Below, piece by piece: positions 51,905 through 64,000 of a stretch of 64,000 nucleotides of DNA (its first letter is position 1; every line of letters begins with the position of its first letter). Source of the DNA: Eledone cirrhosa (Eukaryota); the NCBI GenBank assembly GCA_964016885.1, contig OZ024741.1, forward strand, positions 58,404,001 to 58,468,000, written 5' to 3'. The notes below the pieces were generated by a model, which saw nothing but the letters and a program-made list of their open reading frames with translations, was not told the DNA's origin and ran no database searches. Both the position numbers and the translations under genes were made by a program.

Positions 51905-52226
51905 GAACATAACAAAGGAAGATCAAAACAGGAAAATCAAAGCCAACAAATCAGATAGTGTAGTCAAAGACTGCAAAGAAAAGAAATGCTTTCTAATTGA
52001 TGACAATATATGTCATCAGGGAAATGGAGAAATTATCCAAATATAAAGATCTGGAGATAGAAATGATCTGATTGCGGATAAGAAAAACAGAAACAATCCC
52101 TATAATGACAGGTGCTCTAGCAATAATAAATAATACACAGGTAGATACATAACCCAACTCCAGAATATATACAAAACTAATGATGATAATAATAATAATA
52201 ATAATAATAATAATAGTAGTAATAAT
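51905..52226 (+). mobile_element. Dong/R4 LINE 3' end (restriction-like endonuclease) with (AAT)n tail
   Basis: RKIKANKSD.VVKD.KEKKCFLID ... EKLSKYKDLEIE ... TIPI..GAL; TAA-repeat tail ~52178-52226. Confidence 0.75.
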
Positions 52227-53190
52227 TGGTTGAATCTAACAAAGTTGAAAAGGAAATATTGTTGAAAGGCCGAAAGGAAACATTTTCATGTGGATTGTTT
52301 TTTTGTTTTTTTTTTGTTTTTTTTTTAATTCTTTCAAATCAGAGAAATTAATTTGTAATTCACTTTATAGAATTTCTCATTACTAATTTTTTATGTTTTT
52401 TATATTATGCTTCATTCTAGTTGTCGCTGTGTACAATTGCTGTTCTTGTCTGGGGGAAAAAAAAAAGAAGGCTCATCATTATCATTATAGTTATTAATTA
52501 GTGTGTGTTAATAGCTTTTTTCATTTAGTTTATTAGTTGTTATAATTGCTTTGCATCATAATGTAACATCAGCTCATGTTATTAGAATAATATTTAGTTT
52601 CTAGCTTGAGATATTGTCATCAGCAATTACTGTCAACTTACCTGGTTGGCATGGGGTGATGAGCTGTTGTGGTCTGTGTGTAGACTGTTCAGGAGAGCAT
52701 GTCTAGCTCATGCATTCCATTTTGGGCATGGTTTCTATGGTTGGGAGAATTTTAACATGGCTCCAGCACTACCATTTTACTGGGTGGATTGGGTGCTTTT
52801 TACCATGACACTAGCATCAACACTTAATAGCGTGCTTTTTATTGACACTTGAATGTTGTGTAATTAATATTTAATTGCATTTCAAAACAATTTTTTCCTG
52901 CTTTTCTGTATTTTCTTTCTTTCTTTCTTGAAATCTATTATACTTTTAATGGTTTGTTTCCAGTTACTGTAAATTGCTACCTATAATGGACTGGTTGAGC
53001 CTGAAGTTTTGCACTTTAGAGACAGAATGATAGAACAAAAGAATGTGACAATCTTTCATTGGTTGATTTTTACTGATGCCGTTAGTCACTACACTTACAC
53101 CGATACATACACATATATGTCATTAAGATTTGTTATCATTTCTCCTGAATGTTTGTATATGTAAGTTACTTTTTAGTTTATATTATTGAA

Positions 53191-53272
53191 TTAATATCAT
53201 TTTATTTTCTTTCATTGCAGGTAAGTGTTCTTGTGAAATATTGGTGAATAGAAACATATAATATTGGTGAGT
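53191..53272 (+). promoter_or_regulatory. Candidate recursive splice site with 46-nt cryptic RS-exon
   Basis: TTAAT branch-like motif, TTTTATTTTCTTTCATTGCAG|GTAAGT (53220/53221), second donor G|GTGAGT at 53267. Confidence 0.6.
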
Positions 53273-53339
53273 AATATTATGTAATAGGGGGTTTATGATT
53301 TTATTTTTTATTTTTTAAATTATCAATTAAGAATAAATA

Positions 53340-53570
53340 GATAAATTTGATGGGAAAATGCTAGGACAGTCTGGAAAACATGCTGTGAGCATTTTGAGAT
53401 GAGGCATAGAGGTTTTGTAGGTCACTCACTCAGCAAGTGAAGTTGTTGAGAAAACTGGTTTCTACTGGGACACAAGTCAGTGCCTGATCAACCCTGGCTA
53501 GTTTACCTAGGCAAGGGTGTATGATGTTGAAAGACCAATGACTCCAGCTCACATCACTGGCGATGAATCC
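53340..53570 (+). mobile_element. HERO/R2-like LINE 3' remnant; another at ~56755-56975
   Basis: RGFVGHSL-like coding relic followed by cctgatcaaccctggct...agggtgtatgatgttgaaagacc...catcactg, recalled as HERO-type 3' UTR; second copy has ASCWLW motif. Confidence 0.5.
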
Positions 53571-54260
53571 CAGCTCATCTACAAGGATGAATTTTGCACA
53601 CCAAAAGAATAATTGTCGGAAATAGAAACTGATGTTTTGCGTGAGCTTTTCTTGAAACTTTTATTTGTACTATAGAGTGACACATAATATTTCAGGTAAA
53701 TTTGGAAGTATGTTTGCCACTATAGGTGCCACACCATCATGACATAGGTGTTCTCACCCCTGCATCTTTCCCCTATGCTCTCAAAAGGCATCCCTTCTCC
53801 ACTGATCACTTTGTCAAATCATATCACGCCATGACTTCATACTTATCTCCCTTCTCCTATCATCTCTACCCAACATCTACAGAGCAGCGAATGCTCTTCC
53901 ATTGGGACTCTTCCGTGAGACTCTTCTGGTGCCACTAAAATGCACCCGGTACACCATGTAATGTTAGCGACAGGAAGGACACGCTGCTGTAGAAACCATA
54001 CCTAAAAAGCATTAAGAACCTTCAGTTGTATCAAGGACATAAAACTCCCTAGTTTTGGTGATCTATGCTATAAACTCATCCAGTACAAACTGTAAAGTGA
54101 TTGAAAATACTGTATATAAAAATGGAAAAAAAAAGGAACTCACTATACCTACATTTGGCTAAAATGTTTCACAAGTTTGTCCATGCCAAAACACTATACA
54201 TAGAGTATTAAAGAAAGCAGAAATTTGAAGAGAAAAAAGGAATATATATTTTCATATATG

Positions 54261-55225
54261 ATAGAAATAGTGGACACCTGGGTGACAAAATCAGCAGTGG
54301 GGGAGGGTGCTCTGAAAGTACAGTAGCTAGAGTCAGAACTGGATGGAAAAAGTTCAGAGAGCTTATACTACTATTAGCCGCTAAAGGGTTCTCCCTAAAA
54401 ATGAAAGGCAGGTTGTACGATGCCTGCATACGAACAGCAATGTTGCATGGCAGTGAGACCTGGGCATTGTGTGCAGAGAATATACGCAGACTAGAGAGAA
54501 ACAAAGCTTGCATGCTCTGCTGGATGTGTAATAGTAATATACGTGAACGGCAAAGCATAAATGAACTAAGGAAAAAATTAGAAATAAGAGGGATCAGATG
54601 TTGTTTACTCGAGAGAAGGCTACGTTGGTATGGTCACATGATGCGCATGAAGGACGATAGCTGTATAACAAAGTGCAGGGCAATAAAGATAGACGGTAGT
54701 CACGGAATAGGCAGACCCAGAAAAACCTGGGACGAGCTGATAAATTCCGACCTCACACACTTACACCTCACCAAGACGATGTCACTGGACCGAGATCTTT
54801 GGCGGTACTCAGTAATAGAGAAGACCCGCCTTACCTAAATACAAAGTAAAACCTACTACAGTCAGTAGGCATCTCTAACAAAATACACCCCCGTCCCACC
54901 ACCCCCACCCCATCCACACCGCCCCTTTCAATGTAAAGTTATGTTGGTGCCACAACATCCAGGCCGAAACAAATGAGATCGTGTAGGTGTCACGTCAAAA
55001 AAACACACAGTTCACGCTGTAATGTGGCCGTGTAGGCAACACGGTGAAAAACCTCCCAGCCCCACACTGTAAATGTGGTTGGTGTTAGGAAGGGCATCCA
55101 GCTGTAGAAAACCCACCAGATAGTCCTATGCGAGCAAGATAACCACTCTTGCCTCAAGTGGGAAAACCCCCGTCCAAACCCATGCAAGAGTGGAACACGG
55201 ACGTTAAACGATGATGATGATGATG
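54261..55225 (+). mobile_element. RTE LINE family A, short 3' copy in opposite orientation
   Basis: Near-identical reverse complement of 21722-22705; ORF 54401-54838; (ATG)n tail. Confidence 0.95.
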
Positions 55226-58200
55226 TGTGATTGACTGAAGGGAAATAATGAAATCATGCTTTGATGGATGTCCAATGTTAATGTGTTTGAGTGACAAAGC
55301 ATGGATAAACTGAGAGAGAAACTTGGTATATGAGGAAGCAGAGAGAGAAGACGATGCTGGTTTGGACATGTGATGTGCATGGATGATAATCATTAGGTGA
55401 AGAAGTCCCAGTGGAAGGAAGTCACAGTAGAAGACCTGTATGGAGGTGGTGACAGCTGATCTCAACCTGCTGAAACTCAGGAGATGACAGGGATGTGACA
55501 AGTAAGGATATGCTCTGCTGAAAAAGTCTTGTCAAACCCATGCAAGTGTAAAATGATGATTATGATGGTGTATTCATCAGAAACAATGAAAAGAAACTGA
55601 AACCTTAAACAAAACCTCAGCTGATAAGTTACGTGTGTGTGTGTGTGTGCACATTTGCACTTGCATATATATTTGTTTCTCTGTGTGTGTTCTCACTTTC
55701 TCGCTCTCTCTTCCCTTTTCTGTTTTTAAATGCAACCTCTGACAAACCCCAATCAATACATCAGCTACTATATATTAGAAATATTTTACTTATTGTTGTT
55801 CCAATGTTGGTAATATTCTATCAATAATAAGTAAACCTTTAAAAACTTACCTCGTCATATTTCAAGATGTAGAAATATAGTGACTGTATCTATAATACAT
55901 TACTTAGTTTGATACTTTATGTTATTTTATATAATTGACTAAAATCCCTTGAAAGTGATATCCCAGCATGGTCGTAGTCCAATGACTAAAACCAGTGAAA
56001 GAATAAAAGAATATTTATTTCTGTTCATATGGGATTGTCTTGAAGAGACATCAGACATTTTCCTTTTAGCTATCTGTTGCTATTTCTCTTTACTTAATCC
56101 CAGCTCTTTTAGGAATTGTTTCAACTAAGATTTTGTTAAGTCTACTTTTTACTCTAGAACCATTTATTATTATTATTATTATTATTATCATTCCATTCAT
56201 CAGATCAAGAAAAAGATTTCATGGTAGAAAAAGTACTAATGCTGTCTGGTTCAAATTATTCTTCTTCTATTTTTATTTGGTGAGGAGAGAGAGATACAGA
56301 GAGGGGAGAGGGGGGGGGGGGGGCAGTTGTTAAGCATCTAAATTTAAATAATTGATTATTGAGAATCTCATAGAAGAACTGAATGTGGTAAACTTCATTT
56401 CCATATGTTAACACCCAGTTTTTTTCTAAGTTGTTAACTAACTAATGCTAAAATATTTCCACTACTCAAAGCAATTAACTACTGCAAGCTTGAAAGTATT
56501 ATTTTTTTCTTTGCTTTGTCAGGATAATTGGTAACAAAAACTATATAACAATATATCATTATTATAGAGGGTTGGACGTCATACTTTGACGCATAGTTAC
56601 GGCCCTTTCCATTCTGAGTTCAAATCCCGCCGAGGTCAACTTTGCCTTTCATCCTTACGGGGTCGATAAAATAAAGTACCAGTAATGTACTGCGTAATTG
56701 CTGGTCTTGTGCCAAAAGTAGAAACAAATATTATTTGATATCCATTTTCCCTACTAGCAATGGTTAGATGGGTTGTCACAAATGGTACTGCCAGCAAAAT
56801 GAGCCTCTTGTTGGTTATGGAGTAAGAAAGAGGAGTTAAGTTGGAAGCCAGAAGATGGGCAGTGATTTGGCAACCATTGCTGGCTCACCAATGAGAGGGC
56901 GTTACCGTTCAGAGTCAAAACACTCAGTGGGCATTGGGCATATTCTGATAACATCAGCTCCTCCTGGCCATTCTCTGAAAGTTAATGAGTTTGAGGTATA
57001 TCCTTTAAGATGTAAATATCCTTATATAGTTACAAAAAATATCCTTATACAGAAACCAAAAGTATTTAATAAAACAAATCTCAATTAATATATTTTTTAG
57101 AAGAAAATACATTTTCTGTGGTTAATGAGTTTGCTTTGCAATCATGTAGATCTGTGTTCAGTTCTTCAATGCAGAACCTTGTCTTCTCTAGCCTCAAATT
57201 GACCAGTGCTTTGTAAGTGAAATTTGGTAGATGGAAACTGCAGATGCCATATAAATATACACCCTCTCCACACAAATGTTTCTTGAAATCAACTATTCAA
57301 TTATTCTATACTTTCAAAGAAAGTAGTGTAGATATTATAATACATATAGTCGCTACATTTAAGCTTAAGCTATTTTGATGGTTTAAGCTCGACTGTAGGG
57401 CTTATATATCACACATATATATATATATGAATGTATTTTTATATATATGTATTTGAGAGAGAGAAATGCCTGTATTTGTAAATCTGTACTGTAAGGAAAA
57501 TTGAAACTGCAGTCCTTGTTTTTGTTTGTTTATTACAAGACCTAACAGGATTAACTATGTTGTCTGTTGATATTTAATGTCAATATATTTTGTTTTACAA
57601 ATCTTTACACAATTGTTTATCCTCTTCACAAAAGATTATAAAGATATATATCCTCATCATCATCACTGTTTTTCATTTGATTGCCATCCTGGCATGGGTT
57701 GGGTGGGTTGGCATGTTCTAGTATAGAGAGGTCCAATGAACATATCTTGTTCATGTTTAATTTTGGCATGGTTTCTATAGTTGGATGCCAACAACTTGAC
57801 AGCATGTGCTGGGTGTGTTTTATCGTTGCACCAGATCACTACTACTTTACAGAGTATATTGAGTGCATTTTATTGTGACTCTAATACTACCACTTTAGAG
57901 AGTGGACAGGGTGTATTTTATTGTAGCAACAGCACTATCACTTTACAGATTGGGATGAATGCATTATATCATGACAATTACCCCTATTTGGCAGGGAGAG
58001 GTAATAATGGTAGTGATGTGATGTGAGAGTAAGGCGAAAGTGGCACAGTTTGCAATGGCCACTACATGCTGCTTGCCAAGAGGGAATCTTGTAAATATGT
58101 ATATTTATATATCTCTTTTTGTTTTTTGTTTTTTTTATTGACAAATTGCATTGAATTGTTTTTGTAATAAAACCTCAAAAAGTGATATGTCTAAACTAAA

Positions 58201-61200
58201 ATTAATGTACAATATAGACTCAAAAACTTTGATATTTACATACACTTCATGTAAAAGTGGACCCTAGATTAATGATGTTGTCCTGAACATAAGTTTTAAC
58301 AGTTAGGAAATTAACTTTTCAAAACTTATGTCCTTATGTATGCAAGTGGAGACATATAAGAGTTACATAGCCTTTTTTATGTGTTTCGTTAGTAGGAAGT
58401 GTATTTTGATGGTTAGAAACATTGATATTTGCTGTAATTCATTGGTTTTATTCTTTAGAGTCTATTTAGGCTTCTGCTTATTGATAGAGTATTTTGGTTG
58501 AATTGTGAAATTTAGTCCCTCACAAGTTGTATCTATGTAATAGATGACCCATAAATTTAACTTTAAAAAATAGTCTAAAGAATTTGACTTTTACATGAGT
58601 ATAAATGATGGACTTTAACATCAGTATATGACAGATGATATTTTAGCTTTAACTAATAATATTCTGAGGCAGTGTTTGAGGTAGTGAAGTGAAAAGAGTT
58701 TAATTTATTTCCGTTGTTTGAAGTAAGACTGTTACCATTCTAATAGCTATTGCAAAGTGTTTCATTTAGGAACTATAGTTGACATCCAGCTCTTTCTTTC
58801 TTTCTTTTTTTTATTGTTAGAATGAATACATTAGTTTTGTTGTTATATTTATCAATTAAAGCTAAAAACAAAATTAGTTTCTAAGCAAATTTAATTTATT
58901 GAAATAATCATTAGTGGTTTCACTACACATTCAATGATTCACTGGCTATTCTCTTTGATGGCTATCCTCTCCCAGATTTTTTATACTCTAGGAAAACATT
59001 GAAATTCTTCAACTGGTAGAAGTGTCTCAAAATTTAATCACCTAACTGTCTTTGATAATTCATTCATGCTAATACATTCAGCCAAGCATTGTTATGTAGA
59101 AAAACAACTCATTTCTATTGACCAAAGCTGGTGGCTGGCAGCCAATTACTGGTGCACTATGTTCATTTTGAAATGATACTTTTTTTGTACATTGATAATT
59201 TTTTCTGGCATTAAGGAAATAGAATTCATTGCTTCCAGTGTCCACCATGCATTGACCATATCTTTCTTTTGATGAAGAATAGTTCCTGAGTCTCAGACTT
59301 GGCCAGCAACACTGCTGTAAATGTTCTGATATACAACTTATATATTCATGTGTATGTCACACCTCTTTTATATACAACATTTACATTCACCAGTTAATCA
59401 AAGCCACTGACCCTTGAATGGGCCAGTGGGCTGCTTCTCGTTTACATATGATCCAGCACTACAGAGTACACTGGGTACATTTTATTGACACCAACACTAC
59501 AGAGTACACTGGGTTCATTTTATTGACACCAACACCAATGTGGTTGTCTTTCTCTCGATACAACTCAAGGGTTCTCTCCATTCTATGTTCAAGTTTTCTA
59601 TGGCTGGATGCCCTTCCTAACACAACTACTCTACAGAGTGTACTAGCTGCATTTTCCATGGTACTAGTACTATAGTCCTCTTGACCCTATGTACCATATA
59701 TTTTGAATTGTAATTTTGTAGGTCTAGTAGATAAATCAGATAAACAATGGTTTTTCATGTCATTTATGTAGAATATGTGACTTTATATCAAGTCACTCCT
59801 CTATTTTACTTAAAACATTTACAGTGTACTATATATTTTACATTTAAGCTTTGTAGGTTCAATAAATAAGCTATATGCTAGTTTGTCAAAGTTTTGTTGG
59901 AAAAGGTGCAACGTATATACAAGTATATACTTGGTAGCAGGGAAAAGAAACATTAAATAATTGTTTCTACTTTAGGCACAAGGCCAGCAATTACCCAGTA
60001 CATTACTGGTACTTTATTTTATCGACCCTATAAGGATGAAAGGCAAAGTTAACCTCGGCGGGATTTGAACTCAGACTGTAAAGGGACATAACTATGCTAG
60101 AAAGCATGATGATATGTAGTGTTGGTGCCATGATAAAATGCACTTGGTATGCTCTGTAAAATGGTTGGCATTAAGATCTAGCCATTAAAACCATGCCAAA
60201 ATATGGAATGTATAGGCAAGGTATGGTATCTAAACCTTCTAGTCATGGATTGTGGTGGCATGTCCAGCCCATGCCAGCATAGGAAGCGAACTTACTATGT
60301 TGAAGATAATGATAATAAAATAATCTATTTTAAATGCAATTTAAGGTCCTCACTTAAAAATGAGTTATTATTGTGATATCAAAGCAGCACACTTGAAATA
60401 TCCATAGAATACCTTTTGTTAGTATCTCTCAGTTCTTAAGAGATGTTGACATTTCCAAATTAATTTCTGTATGTGGATTTCTTCAACATGATAATTGGTT
60501 TTGGGACTGGTTGCCATGATTTACTGTCTAGTCTGGACTAATGCAGTGAAAGTTGCTTGCTTGAGATAGCCATTTTGGCTATGAGGTTAACAAATTCACT
60601 TCACAACCAAATGGTTTCAGGTTCAGTCCTACTGTATAGCACCTTGAATAATTGTTTTCTACTATAGCCTTAAGTTGACTCTGTGTGTCTGTGTTTGTGA
60701 CCATGCCTGAATTACATCAGTATCTCTGCCTGTGTTTATGTCCTGTAACCTACTGGCTTAACAAACTAGATTGATATAATAAGTACCAGACTTGAAAAAA
60801 TATGTACTGAAGTAGATATTATCAACTAAATCCCTTTGTGGTTGTGCCCCACTGCATGGCCACAATCTAATGACTAAATCCAGTAAAGGGCATATATAAT
60901 GACAATGTTCATATTTAATAAGTGAAATATGTTTATTTATACAGAAATAAAATAACATTTTTTTTTTACTTCCAATTTATCAAGTATGATAAATCATGTG
61001 TGCCTACATAATACATACATATTTCCTAATGGCAAAAATGTATGCTTTTCGCACACGCACCGCACATGCACCGAGAGAGAGAGCTACTTTACTGTTGAAA
61101 GACAGATCAATTGTTACAATTATTAGAGAAATGGAAGCTAAAACAAAAGAAATTAACTCTTTTGTTACCAGATTTCTAATGAAAGACATTACCTATGAGT

Positions 61201-62484
61201 TTCAAATGATTTTGAATTGATACGAATTTAGTCATATAACTAGTGTTTGGAACATAACACCAGACAAAGTATTTAATTAAAAATATGGCCATGAATGGGT
61301 TATTATAAGTAATTAAGCAACTAATAAATTTCTTGAATATCTATCTACAACATCAAGATAGTTTTGATAAGAAAATTATGAATATTTATTCAGTTGTACA
61401 CTGATATTTCAGATGTGACCTGTGGTTTGATGTAAAAGCCCATTTCTTTTGTTTATGACTTTTAGTCTTTATTGAAAGATTCTGATAAATATCAAAAGGA
61501 AGACATAATTCTTCTTCAATATCTGGATCAGTGTTTCTCAAAGTGAGAAATGAATTTTTGAGGTTTTGCAAATAAAGTTCTAGGGTGTGCAAATTAACAC
61601 TTTTGATACCAAGCCACCAGAAACTGCCTTTGATCCTGTGATACAAAACTATTTTTAAAGTTTTTATATTTATCTAAAAAATCTTCTATCACAATTTTAT
61701 GTAAAAGCTTTTATGTTCCAAACATCAAGCTTAATAGTGAGATAGTTGGTAAATCTCTTCAAAGTCTTGATTATTTTCAAAATGTGAAAACCACAGGCAA
61801 TAACAAAAGGGTTAAGGTGCCTTTTAGTAAAGATTTATTTATTTTGTCTGACTAAAACTCATAATGTGGTTCTTTTTGAGGTAGTGTTTTACAGCCAGAT
61901 GCTCTTTCTGGCACCAACCCTTTTAGTTGCCTCATATAATATGCATTGATACAATGTGCCTATTTTAAACTAGCTATAAAATATACCTCAAAAAGGATCC
62001 CATAGAGAGTGTGAAGCTTATGATTAAAATGACTTTCTTTTTGGAAAGGATAAAAAGAAACTCATTTTCCTAATCCTCCGGTATTCCAAATCCTAAAATC
62101 TTTTATTCTTTCAAATCATTGTATTTAGAACCTAATGTTAATTTGCCTCAGTGAATAAATACTTCCACTCAGTAGAAGGATATCTTCTTTCACTGAGTTT
62201 ATTTGGCTGAATATCAAAAGGATTAACCCTTGTGATACCAACCTGGCCAAAACCAGCTCTGTTTCTATGAAACAAAACCACCCATTTTAAAGGGTTCCTA
62301 TTTAAATTATCTAATGTAAGTTTATATAAGAACCATATGTTAAATTACTTACTAATGAAATAATTGAGTTTTCGTAAATCTCTCAAAGTGCTTTATTTAC
62401 AAATTGAAATAGTGTATTTTATTAGAAATATGGTTATGGAAGGATCAAAAGGTCCCCCATTTAAATTAAAATTTCCAGCATAAT

Positions 62485-63475
62485 CTCTCTCTACATAAAA
62501 TTGTCTGTCTGTCTGTTTCCTTATGCATTCTTAAACAGCTCAACCAAACCAAATTGTCTGTTTCCTTATGCATTCTCAAACGGCTCAACCAAACCAAATC
62601 AAATCAAATTTTACAAGGTAATAGTATTAGACCCTGGGATTAACATGTAATTTTTATTTTCATTTTCATTAAAACAATATGACATTTTATCTAAAACATT
62701 CTACTATAGTCTATAAAGTAAATGACATTTTATAACATGATGGTCACATTTTGTATATGAGTGTGTATGTGTCTGTGAGTGTGTGTGTGTGTTTGCATGG
62801 TCACATTTTGTATATGAGTGTGTCTGAGTGTGTGTGTCTGTTTGCACGTTCATTACATATGTTAGGCCTTAGTAAGTTACATACACATACATCTTCACTT
62901 AAATATTTAATCAGATACACAGAGAATTAAACACACACACACACATCTACATATGTGATGACTGACAAGTATGTGTGTGAATGTATGTGAGGTTGAATTT
63001 AAGAGGCTTCAGTTACCAGTCAAACTAAGTTTTGTTACTTCAATCAACAAGCTGTTCTTATTCAGATTAGTAAACAATAAATATAGAGATTTTTTTCTCA
63101 TATTTCAAAAATCTACATTTCATAAAAAAAAAAATCAAAATTGTAATGATAATAGAATTTAGAAATGAAAATCTGCACTCAAGGACTTGATCACTCTACT
63201 ACATGTTTCTCCCACGGTCAACTCTATGTTGGTTGCTCATGAGCTGGAAGCAGCAACAATTTATTCATTTGGTCACCGACAAAAAATTACACAATGAATA
63301 TTGTTTACTCTGAGGTGCTTCAAGATTGACAGATTTTCATTTCTAAATTCTATTATCATTACAATTTTGATATTTTTTTTAATGAAATGTAGATACTTTG
63401 AAATATGAGAAAAAAATATATCTCTATCTGAATAAGAACAGCAGTAACCTGGGCAATGCCAGGTCATTCAGCTAA
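62485..63475 (+). mobile_element. Possible non-autonomous Helitron
   Basis: 5' TC..tacataaaattgtctgtctgtctg.. (internally duplicated 62500-62600); 3' hairpin CCTGGGCAATGCCAGG followed by tcattcagCTAA (CTRR). Confidence 0.5.
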
Positions 63476-64000
63476 TATTATATAAGAATCTTGTTTAATT
63501 GCTATCTTAGTAATGAAATAATTTTACTATATCTCTCAAAATGTTTTATTAATTAATTGAAATAGTATTTTCCATTAGAATTATGGTCACAAAAGTATTG
63601 CGTCAAGAAGTAAAAAAAGCACCTGTATTTTGCTTTTACCTAATGGTTATTTTTAATATTGGCAATGGTATTATCTTTTCTTTAAATAACTCAAGTAAAA
63701 GCTTGTCTAAATATGTTTAATATTATGTCTCAGTTTATAAAGTTTAGGTTTATTCACACACAAGTAGCTGATTGAAGGAATTTTAGACAATTTTATAAAG
63801 GTCATTCTGAACATGTTCAAAATGTTATTAATCTTTATCCAATTAATTTTTACATTTATGCATAGTTGGAATTCTTTGAACATACCATTTTGAAAATATT
63901 TATGTTATATATAATGTTGCATGGAGATGATGTTACTAATTGAGACCATTATTCAACTTAGTACACCATAGATATTATTATAGTCAAGCTTAAACCATTT

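Larger units (their letters stand above)
1..64000 (+). other. Probable interior of a very long intron (or intergenic DNA) of a repeat-rich mollusc/cephalopod genome
   Basis: No non-TE ORF with recognisable motifs; two juxtaposed 3'/5' splice motifs on + strand; most retroelement copies noted lie on - strand (antisense bias typical of introns). Confidence 0.5.

Noticed and set aside
55845-55895. Possible 39-nt minus-strand exon ending GAG|GTAAGT
   Set aside because: Acceptor lacks a pyrimidine tract and no partner exons were found; compatible with chance.
61386-61646. 86-aa ORF as host exon or transposase
   Set aside because: Crosses a MITE and a hAT-like terminus; no recognisable motif.

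Overview
AT-rich, repeat-saturated eukaryotic DNA with no recognisable host protein-coding exon. The repeat spectrum strongly suggests a cephalopod, probably Octopus; this is an inference from the RTE LINEs with (ATG)n tails, tRNA-headed SINEs, Dong/R4, HERO and Penelope remnants, TTAA MITEs, and TA/CA microsatellites. All long ORFs are transposon-derived: a near-full-length RTE LINE (21722-25497, -), further RTE copies of two families, and an internally deleted mariner with 103-bp inverted ends. Highlights: (1) two strong AG|GTAAGT 'ratchet point' motifs on the + strand at 1085/1086 and 53220/53221, suggesting recursive splicing of one very long intron; (2) a C4HC3 PHD finger inserted in the RT region of both RTE families; (3) a SINE/LINE partnership visible directly through an identical 3' tail, plus a LINE whose 3' UTR carries SINE-body sequence; (4) an antisense LINE segment that itself looks like a recursive splice site. 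Coordinates were read by eye; boundaries of old repeats are approximate.
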